DNA from: Candidatus Doudnabacteria bacterium
GTDB taxonomy: Bacteria; Patescibacteriota; Doudnabacteria; UBA920
DNA length: 64,000 bases
Direction of reading: 5' to 3'
Assembly: GCA_031291995.1 (NCBI GenBank)
Contig: JARLHZ010000025.1
Location: 156,266 to 220,265, forward strand
Under the pieces are notes generated by a model that had not been told where the DNA came from, made no database searches, and saw only the letters and a program-made list of their open reading frames with translations. This document shows, piece after piece, positions 37,161-48,098 of the stretch; within the stretch, counting starts at the first letter, position 1, and each line of letters begins with the position of its first letter. Made by a program: the position numbers and the translations under genes.

Positions 37161-38536
37161 TTGGGCTTTATGACGTCTATTCCTACAAAAGGCCGCAAGA
37201 CCTCCGGCACTATTACGCTTCCGTCTTTTTGCTGGTAATTTTCCAGTATGGCAATTAAAATCCTCGGACTGGCAATGACCGTGTTATTTAGCGTGTAAAC
37301 GTATTTGGTTTTTCCATCCGCCGTTTTATATTTTAAGTTCAAGCGGCGCGCTTGCCAGTCGGTAAGGTTAGAGTCCGAATGGGTTTCGCCAAATTCATTT
37401 TTGGAGGGCATCCAGGTTTCAACGTCGTACATTTTATATTTGCCCGCTCCCATATCTCCTGTGCATATATTAAGCACGCGATACGGTAGTTTTAAGTCCT
37501 GCAGCACACCTTCCGCGATTTCCCGCATGCCTTCCAGCCACTTATCGCTTTCCACAATGTCGGCCTTGCACAGTACAACCTGCTCGACTTTCATAAATTC
37601 ATGCACTCGATAAACTCCTTTGGCATCTTTGCCATAACTGCCAATTTCACTGCGGTAACAGGAAGACACGCCGCACATTTTTACCGGCAAGTCTTTTTCG
37701 GTTAAAGTCTTGTCGGCATAATAAGCAAGCAATGCGGGCTCGGATGTACCGGCTAAAAACGTTTCCTGCCTGTTGGCTTCTGGATCCACAAAATTCCCGG
37801 CAGGAGTCGGCACCGCAATATGCCTTGATTCTTCCACCTGGTAAATTTCTTCCCGGCCGCTCGGGAAATGGCCGCTGCCAAACAATGCCTCTTCCCGCAC
37901 CAAAGCGGGAGGAACCATTAAAGTAAACCCCTGGCTCTGCATTTTTTTTAAGCAATACCAGATTAGGCCGTATTGTATTAATACCGCCTCGTTTTTTAAA
38001 TAGTAACCCCGAAAACCGGATGTCTTTACCCCGGCCTCGGTGTCTATTAGGTCTAATTTTTTTCCAAGGCTAATGTGGTCCTGGGGAGTAAAATCGAATT
38101 TTGTCGGCACATCCTTGACTTTATTGGCCTCTTTAGTTGGGTCAACCAAACCCATTTGCGCGTTCCAGTAGCGCCAGGGAACATTTGCCGAAGAGTCCGG
38201 ACCAATGGGAGTTTCGGGGCTTGGAATGTTTGGGACTAAAGCCATCAGCCTTTCAAAAGTCTCCACAAAAGAACCAAGTTCGGATTTAAGCGCGTCGCTT
38301 TTCTCGCTGACTTCTTTCATTTCCAACAATTTAGCCTTTTTTTCCGCGTCCTGGAGTTTTGGAATTTCTTTGGAGGCCTGGTTTTTGACGGCCTGCAAAC
38401 TTTCCAGCTGGGTCAATAAATCACGTCTTTTAGCGTCGGCATCCAAGAGCATATCCAAGTTTAAATCGATTCGTTTGTCGGCGATGGCTTTTTTTACTTT
38501 GTCCGCGTTATCGCGGATGAATTTTATGTCGAGCAT
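37154..38536 (-). CDS. serS: Seryl-tRNA synthetase
   Basis: N-terminal coiled-coil MLDIKFIRDN..., class II motifs, 460 aa. Confidence 0.95.
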   Translation of the reverse strand: MLDIKFIRDNADKVKKAIADKRIDLNLDMLLDADAKRRDLLTQLESLQAVKNQASKEIPKLQDAEKKAKLLEMKEVSEKSDALKSELGSFVETFERLMALVPNIPSPETPIGPDSSANVPWRYWNAQMGLVDPTKEANKVKDVPTKFDFTPQDHISLGKKLDLIDTEAGVKTSGFRGYYLKNEAVLIQYGLIWYCLKKMQSQGFTLMVPPALVREEALFGSGHFPSGREEIYQVEESRHIAVPTPAGNFVDPEANRQETFLAGTSEPALLAYYADKTLTEKDLPVKMCGVSSCYRSEIGSYGKDAKGVYRVHEFMKVEQVVLCKADIVESDKWLEGMREIAEGVLQDLKLPYRVLNICTGDMGAGKYKMYDVETWMPSKNEFGETHSDSNLTDWQARRLNLKYKTADGKTKYVYTLNNTVIASPRILIAILENYQQKDGSVIVPEVLRPFVGIDVIKPKP

Positions 38537-38568
38537 GGGGTTAGTATTTAGTAGTTAGAATATAGCAT

Positions 38569-38994
38569 TTAGGTCAGGGCCATTTGGGACATTTCGTAGA
38601 CTTTGGGAAGTGTGTCCAGGGATTTAATTTCTTCAATAGCAAAAAATTTGATGTCGCCGGTATTATGTTCGGGTTTTGGCGTAGGAATGCCACTGATAAT
38701 TTTACATTCGTAAGAGATAATCAAAATTTGCTGCTTGCTTCCGTCGAAAAATTCCCAAATGTTACTGATAATCTTCGGCAATAATCGGACAACTTTAACT
38801 TCTATCCCCGCTTCCTCCATGGCTTCCCGAATTACCGCCTGCTCCGGCTTTTCACCGAATTCTATCCCCCCGCCAACAAATTCCCACTTGCCATGAGTAT
38901 GCGCGGACTCCGGTTCGTAGCGTTTGGCTAACAAAATTTCTTGTTTGTCGTTGGTAACTATTGCGACCGCAATGGTATGTTGCTCTGGCTCCAT
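38569..38994 (-). CDS. NUDIX hydrolase
   Basis: Nudix box GGGIEFGEKPEQAVIREAMEEAGI. Confidence 0.85.
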   Translation of the reverse strand: MEPEQHTIAVAIVTNDKQEILLAKRYEPESAHTHGKWEFVGGGIEFGEKPEQAVIREAMEEAGIEVKVVRLLPKIISNIWEFFDGSKQQILIISYECKIISGIPTPKPEHNTGDIKFFAIEEIKSLDTLPKVYEMSQMALT

Positions 38995-38999
38995 AATTC

Positions 39000-40487
39000 C
39001 TAATTCCTAATTCCTAATTCAGTTTTCTTGTTTTCGTTTTTCATCGGCGGGAAAATTACGGTTTCGCGGATGGAACGGTCAGAAAGTATAGCAAAGAGTC
39101 TTTCCGAGACTCCGAAGCCGGCGGCCGGCGGCATGCCGTATTCCATGGCTTCCACATAGTCCTCGTCGAGCATTTGGGCTTCATCGTCTCCTGCCGTTCG
39201 CAGTTTCATCTGATCTTCAAAACGGGCGCGCTGGTCGAGCGGGTCGTTTAACTCACCAAAACCTTTGCCCAGCTCCGTGCCATAGGCCAAAATTTGCATT
39301 CTTTGGACTAATTTGGGGTTGTTCGGGTCGCGTTTGGCTAACGGTTCAAGCTCAACCGGCTGGTCCACCAAAAAGACCGGTTTGTTTGTTGGAATATGTT
39401 CGCGTACTTTTTTAAAAATTAAATCTATTAACCGGCCGCGGCCGGAAAAGTCTTCATACTTAATATGATTTTTGTCGCAATATTCCTTTAGCTGATTGTC
39501 CGTAGCTACCATTAAGTCGATATTTGTATGTTTTTTGAAAATTTCGACGTAGCTAACTTTTTCCCAGTCGCCGCTCCAATCGACTTTTTGGCCTCGCGAG
39601 CTGATTTCCAGAGTGCCAAAAGTTTCCCTGATGACAAATTGGTACATCTTCTGGCAAAATATCATCAGTTTTTCAAAATCGCCATACGCCCAATAAAATT
39701 CCAGTTGGGTATAATCCTGCAAATGTTCGGTATCTATGCCCTCATTGCGAAAAATACGGCCGATTTCAAAAACTTTTTCATACCCGGCCACCAACATTTT
39801 TTTTAGCGGCAGTTCGAGGCTTATGCGCAAATAAAAATCGCGATCAAGGGCGTTATGATGCGTAATAAAAGGCTTGGCTTCGGCACCGCCGACTGTGGCT
39901 TCCAAAACAGGCATCTCTACTTCCAAAAAACTTTTTTCCAAAAGATAACGGCGGAAGGAATTCCAAAATGTCGCCTTTTTAATGAACAGCTCCTTTGATT
40001 CTGGATTTGTTAAGATATCAAGATATCTTTTGCGCAGACGGATCTCTTCGTCCTGAATGCCGAAATGTTCGGAAGGCAAAGGCCTGAGGCTTTTGGCTAA
40101 CAACCGGAAACTCGCGGCCTGTAAAGTTTTTTCGCCTGTTTTGGTTTTAAAAAGTTTTCCGGTAGCTTCCACAAAGTCTCCGCTGTCAAAATTGGCCAAA
40201 AAAAACTTAAACTGCTCTTGTCCGACTTCGTCCGCTTTCAATAACATCTGAACTTTGGCCGTGCCATCGTCAATATGCGCGAATATAATCTTCCCCATAT
40301 CACGAAAGCTTCTAATCCTGCCGGCCAAGGAAATGCTTTTATCGGCTAGGCTGTCAAAATCATCAAGAGCTTCTTTGTTCGTGTTGGTTCTGCTGCTGGT
40401 GGTCGGATACGGATCAACCCCGGACTGCCTGATATTGTCCAGTTTTTGTTTACGGTTTTTGATTATGTCTTCTAAACGATCAGCCAT
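39000..40487 (-). CDS. lysS: Lysyl-tRNA synthetase, class II
   Basis: N-terminal OB anticodon-binding domain plus class II core; 495 aa. Its stop is only 5 nt from the NUDIX start. Confidence 0.95.
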   Translation of the reverse strand: MADRLEDIIKNRKQKLDNIRQSGVDPYPTTSSRTNTNKEALDDFDSLADKSISLAGRIRSFRDMGKIIFAHIDDGTAKVQMLLKADEVGQEQFKFFLANFDSGDFVEATGKLFKTKTGEKTLQAASFRLLAKSLRPLPSEHFGIQDEEIRLRKRYLDILTNPESKELFIKKATFWNSFRRYLLEKSFLEVEMPVLEATVGGAEAKPFITHHNALDRDFYLRISLELPLKKMLVAGYEKVFEIGRIFRNEGIDTEHLQDYTQLEFYWAYGDFEKLMIFCQKMYQFVIRETFGTLEISSRGQKVDWSGDWEKVSYVEIFKKHTNIDLMVATDNQLKEYCDKNHIKYEDFSGRGRLIDLIFKKVREHIPTNKPVFLVDQPVELEPLAKRDPNNPKLVQRMQILAYGTELGKGFGELNDPLDQRARFEDQMKLRTAGDDEAQMLDEDYVEAMEYGMPPAAGFGVSERLFAILSDRSIRETVIFPPMKNENKKTELGIRN

Positions 40488-40628
40488 AGAAAAGATACAA
40501 ATATAAGGAAAATACTGATGATACCGGCAATACTAACCCAAATTATAACAAAATTGCCCGCTTTTGACAAAAACACGGGTATACGTAGTGTATATCCGTG
40601 TTAATCTGTAATTTTTCGGGTCAATCTG

Positions 40629-41093
40629 TTACTCTATTGAGACTATCTCGTAATCCATTTCTCCGGCCGGGGTGGAGACTTTAAATTTATCTCCCGCTTT
40701 GTGGCCAAGCAAAGCCTTGCCTACGGTTGATTCGTTGGAAATTTTACCTTCCTTGGGATTGGCTTCATTGGAGCCGACAATGGTGTATTTTCGGTCCTGG
40801 CTGTTGGCTTTTATAGCTACCGTGGAGCCGATGGTTACCGTGTTATGGTGTCCGCCGTTGGTGGAAATGATTTCGGCGTTTTTGACAATATCTTCAATTT
40901 CCATAACGCGGCCTTCAATAAAGCTTTGTTCTTCGCGGGCCTGTGCGTAGTCGGCGTTTTCCGACAAATCACCGTGGCTGGCCGCTTCGCGGATCCGCTC
41001 AATGACGTCGGGACGCTTCTTGGTAATAAGTTCCTTGAGTTCTTCGTTAAGCTTGGTCAATCCTTCTTGGGTGAGGAGATATTTTTTGGACAT
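40629..41093 (-). CDS. greA: Transcription elongation factor GreA
   Basis: MSKKYLLTQEGLTKLNEELKEL... coiled-coil with acidic tip, plus the FKBP-like C-terminal domain. Confidence 0.95.
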   Translation of the reverse strand: MSKKYLLTQEGLTKLNEELKELITKKRPDVIERIREAASHGDLSENADYAQAREEQSFIEGRVMEIEDIVKNAEIISTNGGHHNTVTIGSTVAIKANSQDRKYTIVGSNEANPKEGKISNESTVGKALLGHKAGDKFKVSTPAGEMDYEIVSIE

Positions 41094-41108
41094 TTATTAT
41101 TGGAATAC

Positions 41109-41160
41109 GTAGCGTGCCGATTTATCGGCGATCACGTCCGCCCATAAATGGGCACGCTAC
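41109..41160 (-). promoter_or_regulatory. Structured element in the greA 5' leader
   Basis: Outer stem gtagcgtgcc/ggcacgctac encloses the palindromic hairpins gccgatttatcggc and gcccataaatgggc. It lies between the predicted promoter and the greA ATG. Confidence 0.5.
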
Positions 41161-41191
41161 ACATTGATTATTTTATAAATAGGCTGCGTAT

Positions 41192-41220
41192 ATGATACTT
41201 GAAATCTATTTTTGTGTCAA
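41192..41220 (-). promoter_or_regulatory. Sigma70-like promoter for greA (TTGACA-17 nt-TATCAT on the minus strand)
   Basis: rc of 41215-41220 = ttgaca; rc of 41192-41197 = tatcat; the spacer is exactly 17 nt. It directly abuts the gyrB stop codon. Confidence 0.55.
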
Positions 41221-43504
<2,284 letters not shown>

Positions 43505-43666
43505 CTCCGCTCTCGCACGAGCTTATTGTCGCTCGGTAACTCCCATCTCGCCTTTTTTATTATATTGTGCCCCCTCACTCAATAATTCGCCCGACATAAT
43601 ATCTTGGCTCCTTCTTAACTCTGGCGGGATATCTGAATTTTTATAAGCCATAGTTATTTACCTTTC

Positions 43667-43698
43667 AAAAAGCAGGGACTTTTAAATCTCTGCTTTTT
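43667..43698. terminator. Bidirectional terminator (aaaaagcag-ggacttttaaatct-ctgcttttt)
   Basis: Stem plus flanking A- and T-runs. Confidence 0.65.
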
Positions 43699-43709
43699 GC
43701 TAATTTGTG

Positions 43710-44033
43710 TCAACTTAGGTGCAAAGCAATCTTCATTTCCGACATATCTGTTTCCAATTTTTCTACCCGTTGTTGCAAGTCGATCCTGCCGTTGAGTTTC
43801 CTAAACTGTACTTCCATTGGTATCGCTACAGTTTTGGAAATAATGCGAGCCAAAGCATCTGTTTGTTCTTCCGCAAACTGTTTAAGTTCTTTGGTTTGGT
43901 TTTGTAAATCAAACTTTGTAACAAAATCTTTTAAGTCATTTTTTGTGGCAAAGTTTTTTAAATCGACTTTCGTTGCGACATTCGCCAGCCTTTTGTCTAA
44001 AACCTGCTCTAAATCCTTTTTTGTCAGTTCCAT
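43710..44033 (-). CDS. Hypothetical coiled-coil protein with internal K-[VN]-DLK-[ND]-F-[AV]-TK repeats
   Basis: The ORF is intact on the minus strand (start taken at MELTKKDLEQ). The repetitive, lysine- and leucine-rich sequence suggests a helical protein. Confidence 0.45.
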   Translation of the reverse strand: MELTKKDLEQVLDKRLANVATKVDLKNFATKNDLKDFVTKFDLQNQTKELKQFAEEQTDALARIISKTVAIPMEVQFRKLNGRIDLQQRVEKLETDMSEMKIALHLS

Positions 44034-44190
44034 ATGGTTTGTTTTAATAATATTACCAGCCGGCAATCAAACGGTGCCTCAAGGACCTTTACAGCCAAAA
44101 GATGATTTTGGGGGTTAGTTTCTAAGTAAAATGTTCGATTACTAGCTACCTAAATATTAACACATTTGGCATAATAATACCAGTAACATA

Positions 44191-44223
44191 AAAAAAATAC
44201 CCCTTTTAATTAAGAGGGGTATT
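44191..44223 (-). terminator. Intrinsic terminator of pheS (taccccttttaattaagaggggta + A/T runs)
   Basis: On the minus strand the hairpin is followed by tttttttt. Confidence 0.75.
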
Positions 44224-44254
44224 GGCAAATAAAGTTATCAACAATTTTTAAATT

Positions 44255-44395
44255 TTGTCATTCCGGCCAAGCAGAATTTAAGCAGTATTTTTCGAGTCGA
44301 GAAATCAATTAAATTTTGTGATTTTCTTCGTTAAGGGATCGCTCCATGCGGCCCGATACTGATGTTCTAATGGCGGGTCTTGGTCGGGATGACAC
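44255..44395. repeat. TIR repeat family 3 copy (ttgtcattccggcc ... gtcgggatgacac)
   Basis: Collinear with the 2022-2134 copy: shared blocks gtcattccgg, cgagtcgag, ttaagggatc.ctcc and ggtcgggatgacac. Confidence 0.75.
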
Positions 44396-44425
44396 CTTTT
44401 TGCTACAAGTAGTCTTAAAAATAAA

Positions 44426-45565
44426 CTATCGTAATTGAGCGTCGTATTGAACTTTGGTCTGCTCATAGAGTTTATTTTGCAGCGGTTCCACTTCTTCGGT
44501 TTTCAGTGTTCTTTCGGGACTGCGATAAACCACCCGATAAGTGTAACTGACTTTGCCCGGGCCGAATTTTTTTTCATTTTCAAATTTGTCCAGGAGTTCC
44601 ACCTGCTCCACGAGATCTCCGCCGATATCGCGGATTAAATCAAAATAGTTGTTTGGTATAAAGGAGTTGTTGACGATAAAAGAAATGTCCCTGGTTATGG
44701 GAGGAAATTTGCTGACTTCAACGAACTTTTGTCCCAAATGAAGCTGCTTTTTAACGCGATCATCATCACTCCATAACAGCCTTATGTCCGGAAGATCCAT
44801 ACTCAGGATAGCGAGACGCTCCAAACCAAAGCCAAAAGCCCAGCCGGTCCATTTTGAACTGTCTATGCCGAATTTTTCCAAAACACTGCCCTTAACCACT
44901 CCGCAACCGTTGCCTTCCACCCATTTGCCGTACATTTCAATTTCCATTTCCAGACTGGGGTCGGTATAGGGAAAGGTGTCAGGGTTGAAGCGGTAATTTA
45001 CTTCCGGTCCGAAGACCGCCTTGGCAATATCGGATAATACTTTTCTCAAATCGGCTTCGCCAATAACCTGCTTTTCTTTTGGCGCCAAGTACCAGCCGTC
45101 AATTTGATGGAAAACATTCATATGGCGCCGGTCGATTTCATCTTTCCGGTATACTTTGCCAAAACTAAAACCACCCACCGGTTCGCATTCGGCCATGCGT
45201 TTTTTTACCGATTCATCGAGCATGTGATAATACCACATGACTGTCGTATGCGTGCGGAGTATATTTTTATCGTCGACGTAGTAAGTGTCCGATTTGCTGC
45301 GCGCCGGGTGGTTTTGGGGAAAATCAAACAGGTCAAAGCTTATGCCAGCCGGAACGATTTCGGGAGTCTGGATAATGTCAAAGTTTTTAAAATCGGGAAT
45401 GGCGAGAATATCGCGGACCATTTCGTTAATCGGGCTACCGGGCGATCTGGCCAAATCCGGCATGGCCAAATAGCGTCTAATGCGCGCCGCTTCGGCATCG
45501 GTCCTTTTTTCCAACTCTTTTTTTAGACGGGTTTCTTCCTCGGTCGAAATAACAATATTTTGCAT
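44426..45565 (-). CDS. pheS: Phenylalanyl-tRNA synthetase alpha subunit
   Basis: Class II core motifs (FGFGLERLAIL); 379 aa. Confidence 0.9.
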   Translation of the reverse strand: MQNIVISTEEETRLKKELEKRTDAEAARIRRYLAMPDLARSPGSPINEMVRDILAIPDFKNFDIIQTPEIVPAGISFDLFDFPQNHPARSKSDTYYVDDKNILRTHTTVMWYYHMLDESVKKRMAECEPVGGFSFGKVYRKDEIDRRHMNVFHQIDGWYLAPKEKQVIGEADLRKVLSDIAKAVFGPEVNYRFNPDTFPYTDPSLEMEIEMYGKWVEGNGCGVVKGSVLEKFGIDSSKWTGWAFGFGLERLAILSMDLPDIRLLWSDDDRVKKQLHLGQKFVEVSKFPPITRDISFIVNNSFIPNNYFDLIRDIGGDLVEQVELLDKFENEKKFGPGKVSYTYRVVYRSPERTLKTEEVEPLQNKLYEQTKVQYDAQLR

Positions 45566-45573
45566 ATAAAAAA

Positions 45574-45654
45574 GATATTAACGGATATTCGTTGATATTG
45601 AGATATTAATTATCCGCTAATATCTATAAATATCCATTAATATCAACTAATATC
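45574..45654. promoter_or_regulatory. Phased hexamer array: 4x GATATT (10/10/8-bp spacing) followed by 4x AATATC (exact 10-bp spacing)
   Basis: GATATT at 45574, 45584, 45594, 45602; AATATC at 45619, 45629, 45639, 45649. The whole 92-bp spacer between the tRNA-binding-domain gene and pheS is built from this dyad-symmetric array. Confidence 0.5.
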
Positions 45655-45657
45655 TAC

Positions 45658-46140
45658 CTATTGTACCATCCCGGAATTAAATTGGCTACCCGGGGTAATA
45701 TCACTTTTGAGTATCATAATCCCCTGACCCGGCTCGTTTGCCAGGCCCAGTTCAAAGGCCGCGCAAATCATGCCCTGGCTTTCCACGCCGCGGATTTTGG
45801 CTTTGCCAAGGACAAAAGGCTCATGCGTCTCGGAGTGAATATTTTGGGCAATGCTTGCGCCGGGCAAAGCCAGGGCGACCATGGCGCCGGCCTCAAAATT
45901 GTTCGCGCCGCAAACAACCGGTTCGAGCATATTTCCGCCAACATCAAGCTTAACAATCCTTAACCGATCGGCATTGGGGTGCTTTTGAACTTCGACAACC
46001 TTCGCGGCAATAATACCAGGGAATCCGCGGAGATTACTTGCTTCGTTCGGATGAAAAACCGGCGCAACGTTTGACGTTGGCGCCCTGCGGCCGAAAATTT
46101 TTGTCAAAAAGTCGAAATTTATTTTCATAATTTTAATCAA
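45658..46140 (-). CDS. Stand-alone tRNA-binding domain protein (Myf/CsaA/PheT-N-terminal-type OB fold)
   Basis: KHPNADRLRIVKLDVGG...VVCGANN...ALPGA is the tRNA_bind domain signature; 160 aa. Confidence 0.7.
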   Translation of the reverse strand: MIKIMKINFDFLTKIFGRRAPTSNVAPVFHPNEASNLRGFPGIIAAKVVEVQKHPNADRLRIVKLDVGGNMLEPVVCGANNFEAGAMVALALPGASIAQNIHSETHEPFVLGKAKIRGVESQGMICAAFELGLANEPGQGIMILKSDITPGSQFNSGMVQ

Positions 46141-46187
46141 AAAGCGTCCGCGTCGTTCCGCGTTGGTTTCCGCGATTATCCGCGGGG

Positions 46188-47690
46188 TTAATAATTTTGG
46201 CAGCTATCCTGGTCGCAAACGTAACCGGTTGTGCCCGCCGGGGGGTCATCAAGAACGGTTTTGAGGGTAAAAGAACTAAAATTACCGGAAACCTGGTAAG
46301 TGTAATCCATTCCCGTCTTCGGGTCCGTGGGGATTTGGTTTAAATATTTGGGAACTATTGCCGTCTTAAATTTATCGACCGTTGGGAATACGTAAGTCTG
46401 GCTGCCCGCGATATTGTCGTTGGAATAAAGAAGTAGCGATGTGCGCAGGCTTTGCAAATCCGTTTCCCTTTGGCTGTCGTAAATGTCGGCCTGCTCTGTA
46501 TTCACATCTTTTTGCGCCGCTGCCGCGTTTTTAGTTATTAACTGGCTCTGGGTTTCGCTGTAGAATGAAAGATTAAAATCAGTCGAAGTGCCGTTCTGCG
46601 TGGCCATATAACTATAGACAAACGGCGGTTTATTAATCGGGTCAATGGGATCGGTGGCGATTTTCATATACGGTTTAATGTCCGCCACCATTGAGGTAAA
46701 ATTATTGTCCTGGGGATAGAGCTTATTGTCTCCGAAATATTTTACCAGGGCAATTTCAATATTCCTGATGGTGTTGGTTCGTTGGGCGTCGCGCCCCTGT
46801 TTTGCCGCCGCGGATTCATCAATGCCGGAAACTATAGTTGAGCTGGCCGTAGTTGGCGTAGTCGAAGCGGAAGGCGTTTGGTCGCCTATTGCCTGCTGGG
46901 TAAAACCGTAAAGTGTGTTTAAAATATTACCTAATGTGGTTATAGTCGGCTGGTGTAAACCGAATGTCTGCATTTTTTTGCCGATATCGGCAATTTGGGC
47001 CGACGTTAATTTGGTGTTGGTGGTTATATTAAATCCGCCCTTAAAAAAATCGGCGTCGTTGAATTTGGCGATTTTTCCCGTGTGGGCGTTTAGCGGATCC
47101 GTACCAAACACGTGAACTTCGTCCCCATCCGAAAGTCCGTCCTGGTCGGAATCGGGATTGTTGGGGTCGGTATGCAAATTATATTCTTCCAAATTAGTAA
47201 GGCCGTCATGGTCGGCATCCGCGTCATCTCCGCATTGCGTTTTATCCGTACAGCCCGGAAAATAGCGATCGCGCCAGCTTTGGGGCGTGGTAAAATCAGG
47301 CGCTCCCGTAGGCGGAGTCGTACCCGATTTCACCACGGGTTTTTTTGTAGTGTTTGAACCGACAGTAGCGGCCGCGGGGTCTTGGAACGAACTTTGTCCC
47401 AGTTTATTGGCCACTACGTAAACAATCGAACCGCCAATTAAAACAATTATGGCCAATATTATATAGAGCTTATACTTCCCAAGCTTTTTAAGCCGACTTT
47501 CCGCGGGCTGAGTTTTTGTGCCGTCCGGTTCCGGCTTAGTTTCTTCGATTTTAATTTGAGCCTGGACCAATTCCCCCGCCGCTTTTGGCATTACATTAAA
47601 AAATAGCCTGTCATCGGCCGGAGAATTTTGCGCCGAACCGGCCGGCTTTTGTTCCTCGCCGCCAAGATTGGAAATTTTTTGTTTCTCCAT
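46188..47690 (-). CDS. Membrane-anchored protein with thrombospondin-type-3-like calcium-binding Asp repeats
   Basis: TM helix KYKLYIILAIIVLIGGSIVYVVA; DxDxDG-type repeats (DADADHDGLTNLEEYNLHTDPNNPDSDQDGLSDGDE). Start uncertain: MEKQK at 47690, or the further upstream start at 47759 listed in the ORF track. Confidence 0.55.
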   Translation of the reverse strand: MEKQKISNLGGEEQKPAGSAQNSPADDRLFFNVMPKAAGELVQAQIKIEETKPEPDGTKTQPAESRLKKLGKYKLYIILAIIVLIGGSIVYVVANKLGQSSFQDPAAATVGSNTTKKPVVKSGTTPPTGAPDFTTPQSWRDRYFPGCTDKTQCGDDADADHDGLTNLEEYNLHTDPNNPDSDQDGLSDGDEVHVFGTDPLNAHTGKIAKFNDADFFKGGFNITTNTKLTSAQIADIGKKMQTFGLHQPTITTLGNILNTLYGFTQQAIGDQTPSASTTPTTASSTIVSGIDESAAAKQGRDAQRTNTIRNIEIALVKYFGDNKLYPQDNNFTSMVADIKPYMKIATDPIDPINKPPFVYSYMATQNGTSTDFNLSFYSETQSQLITKNAAAAQKDVNTEQADIYDSQRETDLQSLRTSLLLYSNDNIAGSQTYVFPTVDKFKTAIVPKYLNQIPTDPKTGMDYTYQVSGNFSSFTLKTVLDDPPAGTTGYVCDQDSCQNY

Positions 47691-47692
47691 TT

Positions 47693-48067
47693 CTATATTT
47701 TTAAGTTTAGAAAAACTTCGATAATAACAAACAATAAAATTAACGTCGCCTCGACCCACCAGAACAGGAGCCGGTCTGCCAGCAGCAAAAATGAAATTGA
47801 TACCAGCAGCGATGCCAGGAAACCCTGCCTAAACGAACTGCCCAAATTTTTTACATAATGCCCCGGCGCGAGCCATTGCCTAATGCTTAATCCGGCTAAT
47901 GTGAATATTCCGAGGAAAAACAGAAACAGGCTGACGTAAAAGAAGCCGAAAGTAATCCATGAGGCCTGAGTCGGATCGGTAAAATTAATAATCGCGGCCA
48001 ATGAAAATAGCGCCAAAAATGTGCTGAATCCGATAATCGATAGTTGTTGTTTTGGTCCGGTAGACAT
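47693..48067 (-). CDS. Hypothetical 4-TM membrane protein
   Basis: 124 aa with four hydrophobic helices. Confidence 0.45.
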   Translation of the reverse strand: MSTGPKQQLSIIGFSTFLALFSLAAIINFTDPTQASWITFGFFYVSLFLFFLGIFTLAGLSIRQWLAPGHYVKNLGSSFRQGFLASLLVSISFLLLADRLLFWWVEATLILLFVIIEVFLNLKI

Positions 48068-48098
48068 AAATATTATATCATAAAAAAGGTCCGCTGTC

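Noticed and set aside
39000-39025. Tandem heptamer (ctaattc x4) at the lysS-NUDIX junction
   Set aside because: It is in-frame coding sequence for the LysRS C-terminus (…ELGIRN*) rather than a regulatory repeat; noted only as a minor slippage-prone site.
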